The notes: generated by a model from the sequence alone, not told the origin. 64,000 nt of DNA from Antedon mediterranea (GCF_964355755.1 NC_092670.1:28818388-28882387), one strand, 5' to 3'. Numbered from the stretch's first letter, positions 13,902 to 28,900 are shown. Translations and numbers: made by a program.

Positions 13902-16900
13902 ATGGCAGCGACTACGGAAACAGTAATTTTGAGACGGAATCGTCCAGGAACAAAAGTAGAGGTTTGTAAACATGTTGCTTTGACAATAATTGAGCTAAAT
14001 TGATTAATAATATAAGGGATCAATCCAATATTGGCTAATACTATAGGCTAGTGATCCTGCAAATTCACGGCCCCTCCCTCTCATCAATCATTTAAATTCT
14101 AGCTAGGCCTAGCTAGCAGTAGAGCCTAGCTAGCCCTAGCCTACTACGGGGAACAGACGATCGGGACCACGGACGATCGGGCCCAAGATGATCGGGCCCA
14201 CTTTTTGCGGTCCCGATCGTCTTATGTGTTGGGCCGAGTTGACCTGCACCTCTGGCCCCTAAACCGTCTCGGCCAAAGTCAAGTCGGCCCCAAGTCAACT
14301 CGCTTGGCCTCACGTCAACAACTCGGCCTCAAGTCAACAACTCGGCCTCAAGTCAACTCGGCCAAAAACTCTACCGTCAATTCGGCCTCTAAAAAGTATG
14401 GAACGCAAAAAGTGCTAATATAGTAGTTCATTTATTACAATGGCAGGATATAGTACGGTTAGGCAATAATAGACGAAATAAAACGGAAATTTCAATGTAA
14501 ATTATAACACAGTGGGCCTGAATCCTGATCGTTTTTCGTTAGGTAGTATTTATGGAGTATGGTCGAAGCGGCCGCCAGTTTAATATTGTCATTTGTATGG
14601 AACACCATGTGCGCTTTAATCTTTGATTGTCGTTGTCAACGCCATGGCCTATGGCGAGTTGAGTTACAGCTAAATAAATATAAGCCAACTCATGTACTAT
14701 CAAATCTTTATATTTCTATAATAATTAAGTTTGCCTGCCGATAAATCAATGTATATTTTATTTGTATTTACTATTAACTAATACATATATCGAAATATAT
14801 TTTGCCGAACCTTTATATCTCGTTTACATACTATTAAATCCTTATACAGTATTGCAATTAATAATTTACGTATACGGTATTGCCGAATCTTTATATCTCG
14901 TTTATATACTATTGAATCCTTATACAGTATTGCAATAATAATAATTTACGTACGGTATTGCCGAATCTTTATATCTCATTTACATACTATCGAATTTTAT
15001 ACAGTATTGCAATAATAATTTACGTACGGTATTGCCGAATATTTATATCTCATTTACATTTAACTATCGAATTTTATACAGTATTGCAATAATAATTTAC
15101 GTACGGTATTGCCGAATATTTATATCTCATTTACATTTAACTATCGAATTTTATACAGTATTGCAATAATAATTTACGTACGGTATTGCCGAATATTTAT
15201 ATCTCATTTACATACTATCGAATTTTATACAGTATAGCATTAATAATTTACGTACGGTATTGCCGAATCTTTATATCTCGTTTACATACTATCGAATCTT
15301 TATACAGTATTGCATTAATAATTTACGTACGGTATTGCCGAATCTTTATATCTCATTTACATACTATTGAATCTTTATACAGTATTGCAATAATAATTTA
15401 TGTACGGTATTGCCGAATATTTATATCTCGTTTATTTACTATCGAATCTTTATACAGTATTTCATTAATAATTTACATATACGGTATTGCCAAATCTTTA
15501 TATCTCGTTTACATACTATTGAATCTTTATACAGTATTGCAATAATAATTTACGTACGGTATTGCCGAATCTTTATATCTCATTTTTACATACTATCGAA
15601 TCTTTATACAGTATTGCATTAATAATTTACGTACGGTATTGCCGAATCTTGATATCTCATTTGACATACAGTATGTACTATTGAATCTTTATACAGTATT
15701 GCATTAATAATTTACGTACGGTATTGCCGAATCTTGATATCTCATTTGACATACTATCGAATCTTTATACAGTATTGCATTAATAATTTACGTACGGTAT
15801 TGCCGAATCTTTATATCTCGTTTACATTACATACTATTGAATCTTTATACAGTATTGCATTAATAATTTACGTACGGTATTGCCGAATCTTTATATCTCA
15901 TTTTTACATACTATCGAATCTTTATACAGTAATTGCATTAATAATTTACGTACGGCATTGCCGAATCTTGATATCTCATTTACAGACTTAATCGAATCTT
16001 TATACAGTATTGCATTAAATAATAATTTACGTACGGTATTGCCGAATATTTATATCTTGTTTACATACTATCGAATCTTTATACAGTATTGCATTAATAA
16101 TTTACGTACGGTATTGCCGAATATTTATATCTTGTTTACATACTATCGAATCTTTATACAGTATTGCAATAATAATTTATGTACGGTATTGCCGAATATT
16201 TATATCTCATTTACATGCTGTACTATCGAATCTTGGTTTTTATTATTAGTAATAGGGTGTGTTATACATTTAAGTGTTATTCCATTGTAATACATTGTTT
16301 GTGTTTTCAATAAAGCAACATGGGACGCGCACCTAATGTGCAGCAGCACTATTGCTGGCCGTCAGTCGAGTTATTAGCAGAAATTCGCGTAATTAATTAC
16401 CGTATCAAACACTTTCATCTTATTTTACTTTTTACAGGTAGTATTTAAAACTCATTTTCAATTGATCAATATTTAAATATCTGAAGTAATAAAATAGTGT
16501 AGGATATTATTATTAAATAAATTGCTGTCATCATGTTATTGTAATTAAATTATGATTGCGAACACTACTAATGTAGTTACTTTACTAATTAATTAATATA
16601 CAATAACAAATATTTTTAATTATTAATATATTTTGATATACTTTATTGATTGGTTTATTTATATATAATTCTTAATAATTGGCTTATTATTATATTATAT
16701 TAATATACAATATAAACACCACAATGTATTTTATAGACTTTATTAAACATGTATATCATTTAGAACAGTTAAAATAAGTAATCATCGATTCGCCATTTCG
16801 TTTAAAAAAACGTACGCGTATCACATTCAATCTGTAAAAAAAAGAGAATAAATTACATAATAATGAAACAATGACAATCAAAGATTACAAAACAACGACA

Positions 16901-19900
16901 ATCAAAGGGCACACGGCATTCCATACAGATTACCGTTAATGAACTAGCGGCCACTTTAGTTGGCGGCCGCTTCGACCGTAATCCGTATTTATTTATATTT
17001 TTGGTCGGTTAGTCTCAATAAGGGCCCAGCAGTAAGAACCCTCAGTAATGTGTTTGTTAGATCTATTTTTTGATACAAGGATGTTCCCAGAAAGAATCGA
17101 AATATTCTTAGAAGGCCTATAGATTAATACAGTAAAATAAAAATGTTTTTTGTTGTTGTGTATATATATATATATATACTCTCTCAAATTATTAGTAATA
17201 TGTTACGGTCAAAGTGAATAACTATATGTGACATTAAAATGGTATAAATTACAGTAACAAGATCTTTCACACATTTATTTTTTCGGGGGTACAATGTCAA
17301 TCAAACTACACCGAAGAGATTATGGAAACAAATTCGAAATGTTCTGTCATGTTAAAGTTCTATTGCAATTGTGCGCTATTCAAATTGTTTTTATTACTTA
17401 TTGTGATTTGATAATGGAGAATCCAATGAATACATTTTATGTATGGGAAATTAATATAAAACACACTGAAGAAATCATCATGAATAAATGGTGTATTTTT
17501 ATTTTGTCAAGCATAAAAACTAATCTAAAACACACTGAAGAAATCATCATGAAAAAATGGCGTATTTTTATTTGTCAAGCAAAAACTAAAACATATTATA
17601 TTGTTTGAGTCCTAAACAACGGAATTCCTAATCAACATAATATTACCTTAGCATTCTCATCTGTTTTTTAACACCCACCGCGCCCTGTATTGTTCAATAA
17701 AATTGATAACCTAAAGGGGCATTCCCACCGTCCGTACCTGTTCCGTTTCGTAGCGGAAGACGGCGCCGTTTTTTTCAACGTGACGCGCGCCCGTTCACCG
17801 TTCCGTTTTAAACATTCACACCTGTTCCGTGCAAATGTTAAAATGGCAGCCGTTTCTGGATGGTCATCGGATGATAGTGAGGAAGAAATTATTCTTTTTA
17901 GAATGACGCTTCACCAATACGGTCATCTTGTCAGTTTAGTTAAAGATGAAATAATATAAAACAGGACACAAGATTCCCGATGATAGTAACAACAACACCA
18001 TATGACAAATTCCATGAATCTATAATTTAATACAATAAAATCACAATCACATCCCCATGGACTGTTATGGAAGCAAATTTCTTTCTTCCCATGTAGACCG
18101 GGCGCCCGGAAGATTTATTCATGTGAAAAGATACAAAAGGTTTGATGATGTAGTTAGGTGCGTATTAGGGCGAGATGCAATATTCGACATTGCTGCCGGG
18201 TCACAGCCTGTACACAGGGTCTGTGGGGATCATAACATAGAGGGGTAAAAATGCATTTATTTATGTGAAGCGATACAAGGATAAACTTTTTTGGATATCA
18301 TTCGCAGTGGGCTACTAATGATTACATCACCAATGACAGCAACTTTATCCTGTACGGGGCGCCAAACAGCAACATTTTAGGGCCACGCCCAAATGGGCTT
18401 ATTCATGTGAAGTGATACAAGGTTGAATCTTTTTTTAATGGCAGCAGTATATATTGGGGATGACAAAAACACCAATGACAGCAACTTTATCCTGTACATA
18501 AGCTCAGACAGCAGCCCTAAAGGTCCGCAGTTTCCCCCTATTCGGCTATATACTCGGCGCGTATGTCGTCTAATGGCGTTCAGCTGAGTTAGAAATACGT
18601 GATACGGACTCGGACTGACAATAAATACACAGTAGAATGCTAAAACAATAAATAAAGAGAGCAGTTGTTTCCTGTACCAAATCATCAAACATCAAACTCT
18701 TAGGAACTGGCCCAAAATGGGTTTATCCATGAAGTGTGTAATCATTTTTGAAAAAATGTTTTTTTTTTTTCACTTTTTCCGGTACACAGCAGCTCAAATA
18801 CCCGAGGCTCCATTCGTGATCAACAATGTTGATAATACAAACACATTCACGATAACGAGTGACTTTTATTTTATAATTGAAATATATCTTTATTTTGGGA
18901 ATAATAAATAACACCTACAAAAACACTTAAAATAACCAACAGCAGATTTGTATTTTAGGGTATCATTTTGAACAATCAATATTATATCAAAATCATTATT
19001 TCACAACACAAAATAATATAATTTAAGAATATTTTTCAGATAAACTAATTAATAATTACACTCATAATGATCGACACCGGTACCGATTATTGTGCATTAT
19101 TATTACTAGATGGTACGCTCGCGTACCATAGGTCGTGCCCACAGATGGTCCGGTTCTCGAATACATAATGATTTCAGCGTTAAAAAACTGGCGACTTCAA
19201 ATGTACAATAATGCAGGACAATAATACATGTCGTTTACAGGAACGATTAAATAGACACTGTGATTTATGTACTCAACTAAAATTAGCACCCTGGGAATTA
19301 CTTCCGAAAGAGAAACTTGTTACAAAATGAGACCAATTGTTTTAAAAGTCAGATTTAAACTAACTTATTTTGTGTTTTGTATGTAACATTATGGTTGAGG
19401 GATGGGGAAGAGGATGGGTGCAAAGAGGAAGAATTTTTAAATATATTCTTTATTTTGTAACGAAATATTAATTGTTTTCATGTTTTACAAATAATATACC
19501 ACTAAACACAGTAAAACATTGCGATGTAATACTTTGATGAAACTATCACCGTCGTAGTCGATTGAAATAGTACAGTACATGTAACGATACACTACGACGT
19601 ATGTTTATATATAATGTTAAACAATTTGTGAAAACCACCTCTATTCGGGGAAAATCATAAATTCGATTTAATCGTCAATAAATATTAAATTATCTAACTC
19701 AACTTAATTAGTAGGCCTAATGGTTTTCAATTGTTTCTTAGAGCCAATTCATAATTAAGTTGGTTCCTACCCTACCCACCAAAGTTGTTCTGCGTTTAGG
19801 GCATGTGATGCACCGTATAGGCTTATCCTCTACTGGCTTTACAACGCTACCAGTGAGGGAAGGGTGATGATGTGGGTGGTTTAAATGCAATAATAAAGAT

Positions 19901-22900
19901 TTGTACATAATATACGGCGACTGAAAACGCTAGCTCATTATCCGTTTAAAAAAAATTATATCCAACCTCTGCAGTACAGATTGGAAAAAAAATGGATCGA
20001 ATTTCTGTTATGAGTATACAGTACTTGCCTTTACGACGCCTGAGGGAATAGACACTTGTGTAACAGAGATTGGAATGTTCCATTCATCGCAAATCAATAC
20101 ATTTATATAAACGTATATTAAATCTATCAAAATAGTATTTTTTAAAGAAAATCGGCCTGTCTTCAACATTATGATGCTGTACTCGAGCTGTTCAACCGGT
20201 TTTCAGCCATTAAAAACAATTATCGTAGGAGGAGATAGGAAAATGCGAAGCATCCTCGTATTATTGTCTTCGGGTATTTTTCAAGACGGACATCCATTAT
20301 GATTAGACAGTGTATACCACGATCGAAAAAACAACCCTATTTGGGGCAAATCGTTGAACCTAAATTCGTTTTAATTGTCAATAACTAATTATCTATAACT
20401 AATTATCTAACTCAATTTAATTAGTAAACAGGGTTACATCAGGTGGTTAAAATCAGTACCGAGATTCTAACCAACTTTATATACCATCGAGTAAACATTC
20501 TAGAAATAACGCGCGATTTACCGATTTTTGCCCTTACGTAAATTTATATATAGATAACTCGATTTAAATATTGAATTACACGCTAGACACTAGTGATATG
20601 TCTATATGAAAAAAGGCAACGAAATCTAAATTTGCAACATTTTTTACATTTACATAACATTAATAGTAAAGTAAATAATAGTTCGAATTCAACATAATCA
20701 CTTAGAGAATTGGTAAGGTATAGATTAGACTATCGATTGCACACTATTACTAAAAAAAAGTAACCGTTTTTATGTGAATTAGACTGATAAAAACCAACAA
20801 AAAACTTAATCTGCCAACATTTTAAACGTCGTTACTTGTCCATAATGGATCGACTACTGTATCGATTACTGCACATTGTTTTACTTTAACTGAACCAAAG
20901 TCAAACTTTTAATTGTTACTGTACTAACATTAGACAGTGATATCTGATAAAAGGCAACATTAATTAATATTAATAATACTGAACCAAATTAAATATCGTT
21001 ACTTATCCACAATGGATCGACTACTGTATTGATTATTGCACATTATTTTACTAACTAACATAAGAAAGTGATATCTGATAAAACGCTACAATCTGAATCG
21101 AATTAAATATCGTTACTTATCCATAATGGATCGACTACTGTATTGATTACTGCACATTATTTTACTATAACTGCCCAAGTCAAATTTAAAATTGTTACTG
21201 TACTAACATTAGACAGTGATATCTGATAAAATGCAACATACTCAGGACCAAATTAAATATCGTTACTTATCCATAATGGATTGACTACTGTATCGATTAT
21301 TGCACATTATTTTACTATAACTGCCGAAGTCAAATTTAAAATTGTTACTGTACTAACATTATACCCCTGATTATACAGTGATATCTGATAAAAGGCAACA
21401 TTAATAATACTGGACAAAATTAAATATCATTACTTATCCACAATGGATCGACTACTGTATTGATTATTGCACATTATTTTTCTCTAACTGAACCCAGGTC
21501 GAATATTTTACATGCAGTGTAACTATACCGACACACTGTAAAAGCACAATTGAGCAAAGACATCGAGGTTACTGGCTGTATGCATTAATTAACTGAATAT
21601 TGTACATTCATCATATTCCATTGTTACTAGCTAAAAAGAATACACGATATAATAAACCAATAGGGGCTATTGTATTTCTTTTTACATGATTTGTGACAGC
21701 GTCAATATATAAATTTGATTATATCACACTGTAATGATACTGGATTCTGCTTGCCAACTATATCTATGGATCAAATAGTTCAGTATTTACATTTGATATA
21801 TTATACAACATTTACTTCAAAACTGTCAAATGTTTTATGTAAACGATTAAAAACTATTAAATCAGCCGTAATGCATAATCTTTTTAGTTTATCTATTCGT
21901 CATCATCACAATCACTTTCACTGTCATCACTCCACCAAGGTTGGTCATCATCGATTTCAGCTTCAAAATCTATTATTTCAAGTTCTTCATCATCAGTTTG
22001 TTCCAATATTCCTGCATCAGTATCGTGAAGAACTTTGTTCCGAGTGTGGATCACTAGTCAACGGATCTGGTAGAGCATTTCCATCAAACCATTTCGGTAC
22101 ATACCTTCCATCACCATTATCAACCAATCCATAGTTTAATGGGCGTAGGTTTTCTGTTGGCTGAGGAGTATGAGCGTGTCTCCACATAATAGATACATAA
22201 TTTGCCCTCAACAGATGCTGAGTGATTGTGATTTCACATGGTGGCAATAACGAACAGTTGATCTTCTTGACTTTCTTCTTTCCAGTTTTCATTTTGCGAA
22301 ACGATTGGTACCTGGCCTCATTAATACTGTTCATGCTTTTAAACCCATTTATCTTGCATACATAGGCAGTGACTGCGGGTTTGTCCATCCTGTCACCACA
22401 AAGCGATCGCAATGACTTGCCTTTGCGGTAAAATCCAGTATCATTATAGTGTGATTATACTGTAATCAAATTTATAAATGACGCTGTCACAAATCATGTA
22501 AAAAGAAATCCAATAGCCCCTATTGGTTTTATTATATCGTGTATTCTGTTCAGCTACAGTAGTAATGGAATATGAGGAATGTACAATATTTAGTTATTTA
22601 ATGCATACAGCCAGTAAACTCGATGTCTTTGCTCATTGTGCTTTTACAGTGTGTGTCGGTATGCAAAATATTCGACCTGGGTTCAGTTGGAGATAAATAA
22701 CGATATTTAATTTGGTCCAGTGTTATTAATGTAACAATTTTAAATTTGACTTGGGCAGTTGGGCATTAAAATAATGTGCAATAATCGATACAGTAGTCGA
22801 TCCATTATGGATAAGTAACGATATTTAATTTGGTACTGAGTATGTTGCAGATACCACTGTCTAATGTTAGTACAGTAACAATTTTAAATTTGACTTGGGC

Positions 22901-25900
22901 AGTTATAGTAAAATAATGTGCAGTAATCAATACAGTAGTCGATCCATTATGGATAAATAACGATATTTAATTCGATTCAGTTTGTTGCGTTTTATCAGAT
23001 ATTACTTTCTAATGTTAGTTAGTAAATAATGTGCAATAATCAATACAGTAGTCGATCCATTGTGGATAAGTAACGATATTTAATTTGGTTCAGTATTATT
23101 AATATTAATTAATGTTGCCTTTTATCAGATATCACTGTCTAATGTTAGTACAGTAACAATTAAAAGTTTGACTTTGGTTCAGTTAAAGTAAAACAATGTG
23201 CAGTAATCGATACAGTAGTCGATCCATTATGGACAAGTAACGACGTTTAAAATGTTGGCAGATTAAGTTTTTTGTTGGTTTTTATCATTCTAATTCACAT
23301 AAAAACAGTTACTTTTTTTTAGTAATAGTGTGCAATCGATAGTCTAATCTATACCTTACCAATTCTTTAAGTGATTATGTTGAATTCGAACTATTATTTA
23401 CTTTACTATTATGTTATGTTATGTTAAAAAATGTTGCAAATTTAGATTTCGTTGCCCTTTTTTCATAGACATATCACTAGTGTCTAGCGTGTAATTAAAA
23501 CAATATTTAAATCGAGTTATAATAATAATGCACAATAATCGGTACCGGTGTCGATCATTATGAGTGTAATTATTTAGTTTATCTGAAAAATATTCTTAAA
23601 TTATATTATTTTGATCGAAATAATGATTTTGATATAATATTGATTGTTCAAAATGTTACCCTAAAATACAAATCTGCTGTTGGTTATTTGTGTTTTTTTA
23701 AAGTGTTTTTGTTGGTGTTATTTATTATTCCAAAATAAAGATATATTTCAATTATAAAATAAAAGTCACTCGTTATCGTAAATGTGTTTGTATCGACATT
23801 GTTGATCACGAATGGAGCAAAAAAGAGAGAAAGAGAGAAAAAATGATTCATACTTCATGGATAAACTTTTGGGCGAGTTCCTAAGAGTTTGATGTTTGAT
23901 GATTTGGTACAGCAAACAACTGCTCTCTTTATTTATTGTTTTATCATTCTGCTGTGTATTTATTGTCACTCCGAGTCCGTATCACGTATTTCTAACTCAG
24001 CTGAACGCCATAAGACGACATACGCGCCGGGTATATAGCCGAATAGGGGGAATCTGCGGACCTTTAGGACTGCTGTCTGAGCTTATGTACAGGATAAAGT
24101 TGCTGTCATTGGTGTTTTTGTCATCCCCAATATGTACTGCTACCATTAAAAAAAGATTCAACCTTGTATCGCTTCACATGAATAAACCTATTTGGGCGTG
24201 GCCCTAAAATGTTGCTGTTTGGCGCCCCGTACAGGATAAAGTTGCTGTCATTGGTGATGTAATCATTAGTAGCCCACTGCGAATGATATCCAATAAAGTT
24301 TATCCTTGTATCGCTTCACATGAATAAATGTATTTTTACCCCCCTATGTTATGATCCCCACAGGCCCCATGTACAGGCTGTGACCCGGCAGCAATATTGA
24401 ATATTGCATCTCGCCCTAATACGCACCTAACTACATCATCAAACCTTTTGTATCTTTTCACATGAATAAATCTTCCGGGCGCCCGGTCTAATGGTGTACT
24501 GTATTAATTATGAATAATTATGAAGTAGAAACGAAATGAAAATAAAAATGTCATACAAAAAAAACCGTAAGGCCTATTTGAAAATAATGCACATTCGTGT
24601 CTGGGTGTGTACGGTGCATGTAACCTATTACAAATTGGATAAGCATTATGGGTATAATACCCATAATGCTTATCCAATTTGTATTCTTGCCTTTTGATTT
24701 GTTATGATTTTAATGTTATTTTATTCTTTTTATATTGATGTATATACAGTTGTAGACCAAAGTATATTGTTTAAATATTATTCATTAAAATGTCTTCTTC
24801 GACAGTTATTCCTGTATACAAAATGTGAAGAAATATTTATTTATTTCAAACAATATAAATAAATACTACCTATCAATTAAACGAAAAACGATCAGGCCCA
24901 GTGTGTTATAATTTATATTAAATTTTACGTTTTATTTTGTCTATTATGTAGGCCCTTGTCCAACCGTACTCTGTGATGTTTTTCCTGCAATTATAATATT
25001 AACTACTATATTAGCACTTTTTGCGTTCCATAGTTTTTAGAGACCGAGTTGACGGATTAGTTTTTGGTTGACTTGAGGCCGAGTTGACTTGAGGCCGAGT
25101 TGACATGGGGCCGAGTTGACTTTGGGCCGACTTGACGTGGGGCCGACTTGACTTTGGCCAAGATGGTTTAGGGCCGAGTTGGATCAAATTCGTTGGGCCT
25201 GATCGTCTTACCAGTTGGTCCCGATCGTCTTAGCGTTTTGTGTTATCAAATAATTGCCACATTTCAATTTCATTCCTAGTAGTGCTTAGTGTCAACGCAT
25301 GTGCTTTTCTTGCGTAAATTACGATTTTAATTAAAATAAAAAGGTTAATTAGATTTTTCTGATTTTATCATAATTTTCCCCTAATTAACACTACTGTACT
25401 GGTTTTAAGAATTTCTACCAAATACTCTCGGTTTATGAATAAGTGTGATTGATTTTGATGTTATTATTGTGTTATATGTATTCTCGTATTTAATTTTTGC
25501 TCTATATAATACAGTGTGATATAACTTGACTTCTCTCTCGCGGCAAAATTAATAGCACATGCGTGAAACCTGATTCGGTAATACATATTTTTATGTTTTT
25601 CGGACTTTAAATCGAATAGTTTTTTTTTTAAATGGGCCGAAACATCCCACTTTGTGGGCCGAAACATTCTCACTTTAGACCAAATTCATATTCATTTTTT
25701 TTTTGTATTCATCAAGTTTTTAAAGCTGTTTAACAATCCGTATTTTATTGATAACATACAGTCATACTGATTTTTTCAAGGAGTTTTATGGCTGGGTTGA
25801 CCAATCGTTTGAAGAGATGGACAGTACTTTAGCTGTACAGCAGGTATTATTTTCTTCCAGTAGTTTTAAAAATAAAGTACACACAGTATTCCTCAATCGA

Positions 25901-28900
25901 CTAATATCCCTGTACCCCCAGTGTTGCTCTTTCGATACTGAAATATAATTTATTGGGATAAAAATTGTGGAGGCACTTGAGAAATGTTTTCAGAGTTGAG
26001 ACTTAAAAATTATAATATTAGTATTACCATAACCTAACCCTTAACCTAACTCTACATGATACAGTCACCACTGACTGTAGTACATAAAAATGAGGCAAAT
26101 ATTGTAGTATTTTGGAAATGCACCACTGAGAATCTTTATAATAATTTATAATTGCCTTCTATATTTAATAGTATATACAGCAGAATATAAGAAGTGACAT
26201 TGGAAACATAGATAAGATTTTAGAAGCTCCTGATGGCCAAGATGAAGGTGTTTGGAAGTATGAACATTTACGGTAAGAATAAATCCAAAAAGAAATTTAA
26301 AACGTTGACTGTAAAAGTATACTCGTCCAGTATGCTAATCCAGAGACAATCATAGTTTGTTATACTACATAGCCTATGTAAGTACGTGAACATGATTGGT
26401 TGAAACTGCATCACATGACTACCGCTCCGAGGATCGTAAATCGTATATCCTCGAGTACATGTAAATGATATTGACTGAGTAATTTTCGTGTAATTATCAT
26501 GTCTCTGTCAATAACTAAAATCCAGCAAATTCTCGAGTACAATGATTTTCGTGTAGCAACACTCGCATTTGGCGATAAATAAACAAAAGTCATCTACTGG
26601 CACACCATTACAAGACAATGTTTCATTTGTTGCGCCACGCAACTTGCTTGAAGAAATTAATCAACTAAACTATTTAAAATACTGTATGCATACATAGCAT
26701 ACATGTTATTAGTCCTCCTTAGATGTGATGAAAGACCATTTGTGATTGGTTAATACACGCGGTAGTAACCTGTTACGCACGGCGCGCTGAACATCTTGTG
26801 ATTTGGCTCCTCGAAGAAGACGAATTATTCGGCCTACCTGATAATAATATTATTATTGTTAATGTAGGTTTATTGATGGAAATTCTTCTGTTAATTTAAA
26901 TGACCCAGGCAAAGTGAATATTTTATTGCCAAGGAATCATTAATTAGTAATTATCTATAGTATTCTTCGGAAGGTAAGGTGAATGCAATGCCTAACTAGA
27001 CAGGCTTATATTACAAAGGAGGCCTAGCTATGCCCAGCAGTAGATATTCAACGTGTTGTTGGCATGTAATATAAAAGAGATATCGCCTTTTATATCGGTA
27101 AAATATAAGATTTGACATCCACTCAGAGATTGATATTATGTTCTCGAGAAATATATTTCCCTCAGCTAGTGCTTAGGGAAATATATTTCTCGAGAACATA
27201 ATATCATACCCTCGGGGATGTCAAATCTTATATTTAACCACTAAGCAATCAATATCTGTATAATCACATGCTGTGTCTGCTTCAAGAAAACTTTCAACCA
27301 TGTCAACTCAGTACAATGTCCTCTATTTTCACACAAGACAAAATCAGGACAATCATTTTTACCAACCAAAAAAGTTAATAATAAATAATTTAGTTTATCT
27401 TTTCCGTATCTTCATTAAAAGCATACACATAAATTGTTAGCAAATCTGACATAGAATATTTAAGAAGTAAGCCTATTTGCTAAATTAGTCTTGGATATCT
27501 CAGTCACTAACAAGATCATGTATACAGGTATCGATTGTGTTACTTTGACAGATAAAAATAGTAATATATCTCTGCAAACTTTATATAACAATCATTATCT
27601 ATGCAACCTTAACAGTAATTTTGTGTTTTTTTTTAGACAATTCTGTCTGGAATTGAATGGTTTAGCTGTTAAATTGCAAGTAAGTTTATGATTTAGTCAA
27701 TTGCATAAACCTGATACAGTTTATTTAATGATTCTGTATTCTTACAGAATGTAACCCATATGTAACATGTAACAAACTATGTACATTCACAGGGTGGTAG
27801 CCATTGTTCAAGCGTGTCTGTCTGTATCTGTTTTTTATAGCATACACTGTAACTGTTACTGTATTCCAATACCATTATTAAAGTCTTGTAATAAGACTTT
27901 TATATGATTGTTATTGGTGAGTTAATTTGTTGCTAAAATAATCATTTTTAAAATTAAATGGCTTGTACTGTATAGGCATTAATGTTTACATATTTTGTCA
28001 GGTTGAGTGCAATCCAGAAACATGCACACAGATGACAGCAACTGAGCAATGGATATTCCTGTGTGCAGCTCACAAAACACCAAAAGAGGTAAAGGGCTTT
28101 TATTATTATCAGCTTCAGTTTATTTTCCATATTAAGATAAATAATAACAAACTACATAATATGAAAGGATGACTAAAAAAGAGCAAAGCTCGTACATGGT
28201 TTGGCCACCTTATTAATTAGCATCTATCAAGTACCCTTGAGCCTATGACTTTTGAAACATGAAGGCTGATAGTATTTCTAATTGATTAGTATGTTTCGTC
28301 AACAGTACATTTCAATATTATTAAACATTGGTGTTTTTTTCCAGTGCCCAGCAATAGATTATACTAGACATACCCTGGATGGTGCAGCATGTCTCTTGAA
28401 TAGTAACAAATATTTCCCTAGCCGGTAAAGTATTCTGATGTTATTTTCCTTCTTAAATATCCCTAATTATTACACAGCTTAAATGCCAAGACATGATTTG
28501 CACACAAATTTAGCCAAAAGAATGGAATTTATAGGTTCCAGGTATCTTTCTTTGTTTAAAATGTCATTAAATCAGACTTTATAACTATCTGAGTAGATTC
28601 TTTTTATTTGATTGAAGGATTGTGAGTCACATGATATTAATAAATGTTCTATTGCACTTATAATGACTTCATCGATAGTGCAATGCGCGTCAGTAATACA
28701 ATTTTGTTTTGCATGTTCATTTTTGTTGCACAGTGAGAAATCACACGCTCGACACAGTGCTAGGCTGTTGTTAAATGATCATGTTCGACCAGCCTCTCAT
28801 TAAAAGTAATGTGTGTTATAAAACAAGTAATGAATGTTTTATATTTGTGAAATGGAGCAGATTTATTTATTTAAAAATGTATTTAGACAGGATAAAAACA

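Larger units (their letters stand above)
18094..24490 (-). mobile_element. Non-autonomous foldback Academ-type DNA transposon (copy 1) in MOB4 intron 1
   Basis: Termini TAGACCGGGCGCCC...GGGCGCCCGGTCTA with 3-bp TSD ATG (18091-93 / 24491-93). Inverted arms ~2 kb (18094-21746 excluding the Helitron insert vs 22432-24490). Central transposase remnant. Confidence 0.85.
14250..25172. mobile_element. Large inverted-repeat pair (GGCCGAGTTGAC-repeat arms ~14250-14552 and ~24850-25172) enclosing most of MOB4 intron 1
   Basis: cctaaaccgtctcggccaaagtcaagtcggcccc...ggaacgcaaaaagtgctaatatagtagtt...aggtagtattta is the reverse complement of 24850-25172. GGTCCCGATCGTCT repeats flank both sides. Confidence 0.65.

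Noticed and set aside
15186-16290. Repetitive ORFs in the 75-bp array
   Set aside because: Artefacts of a tandem unit whose length is a multiple of three.
17690-17959. GC-rich 89-aa ORF with a TIR-like start (GGGGCATTCCCACCG)
   Set aside because: Probably a Harbinger-like transposon fragment; no matching right end or protein similarity recognised.
18377-18688. 103-aa ORF duplicated in inverse at 23896-24207
   Set aside because: It lies in the Academ inverted arms, so conservation reflects the TIR; no recognisable protein.
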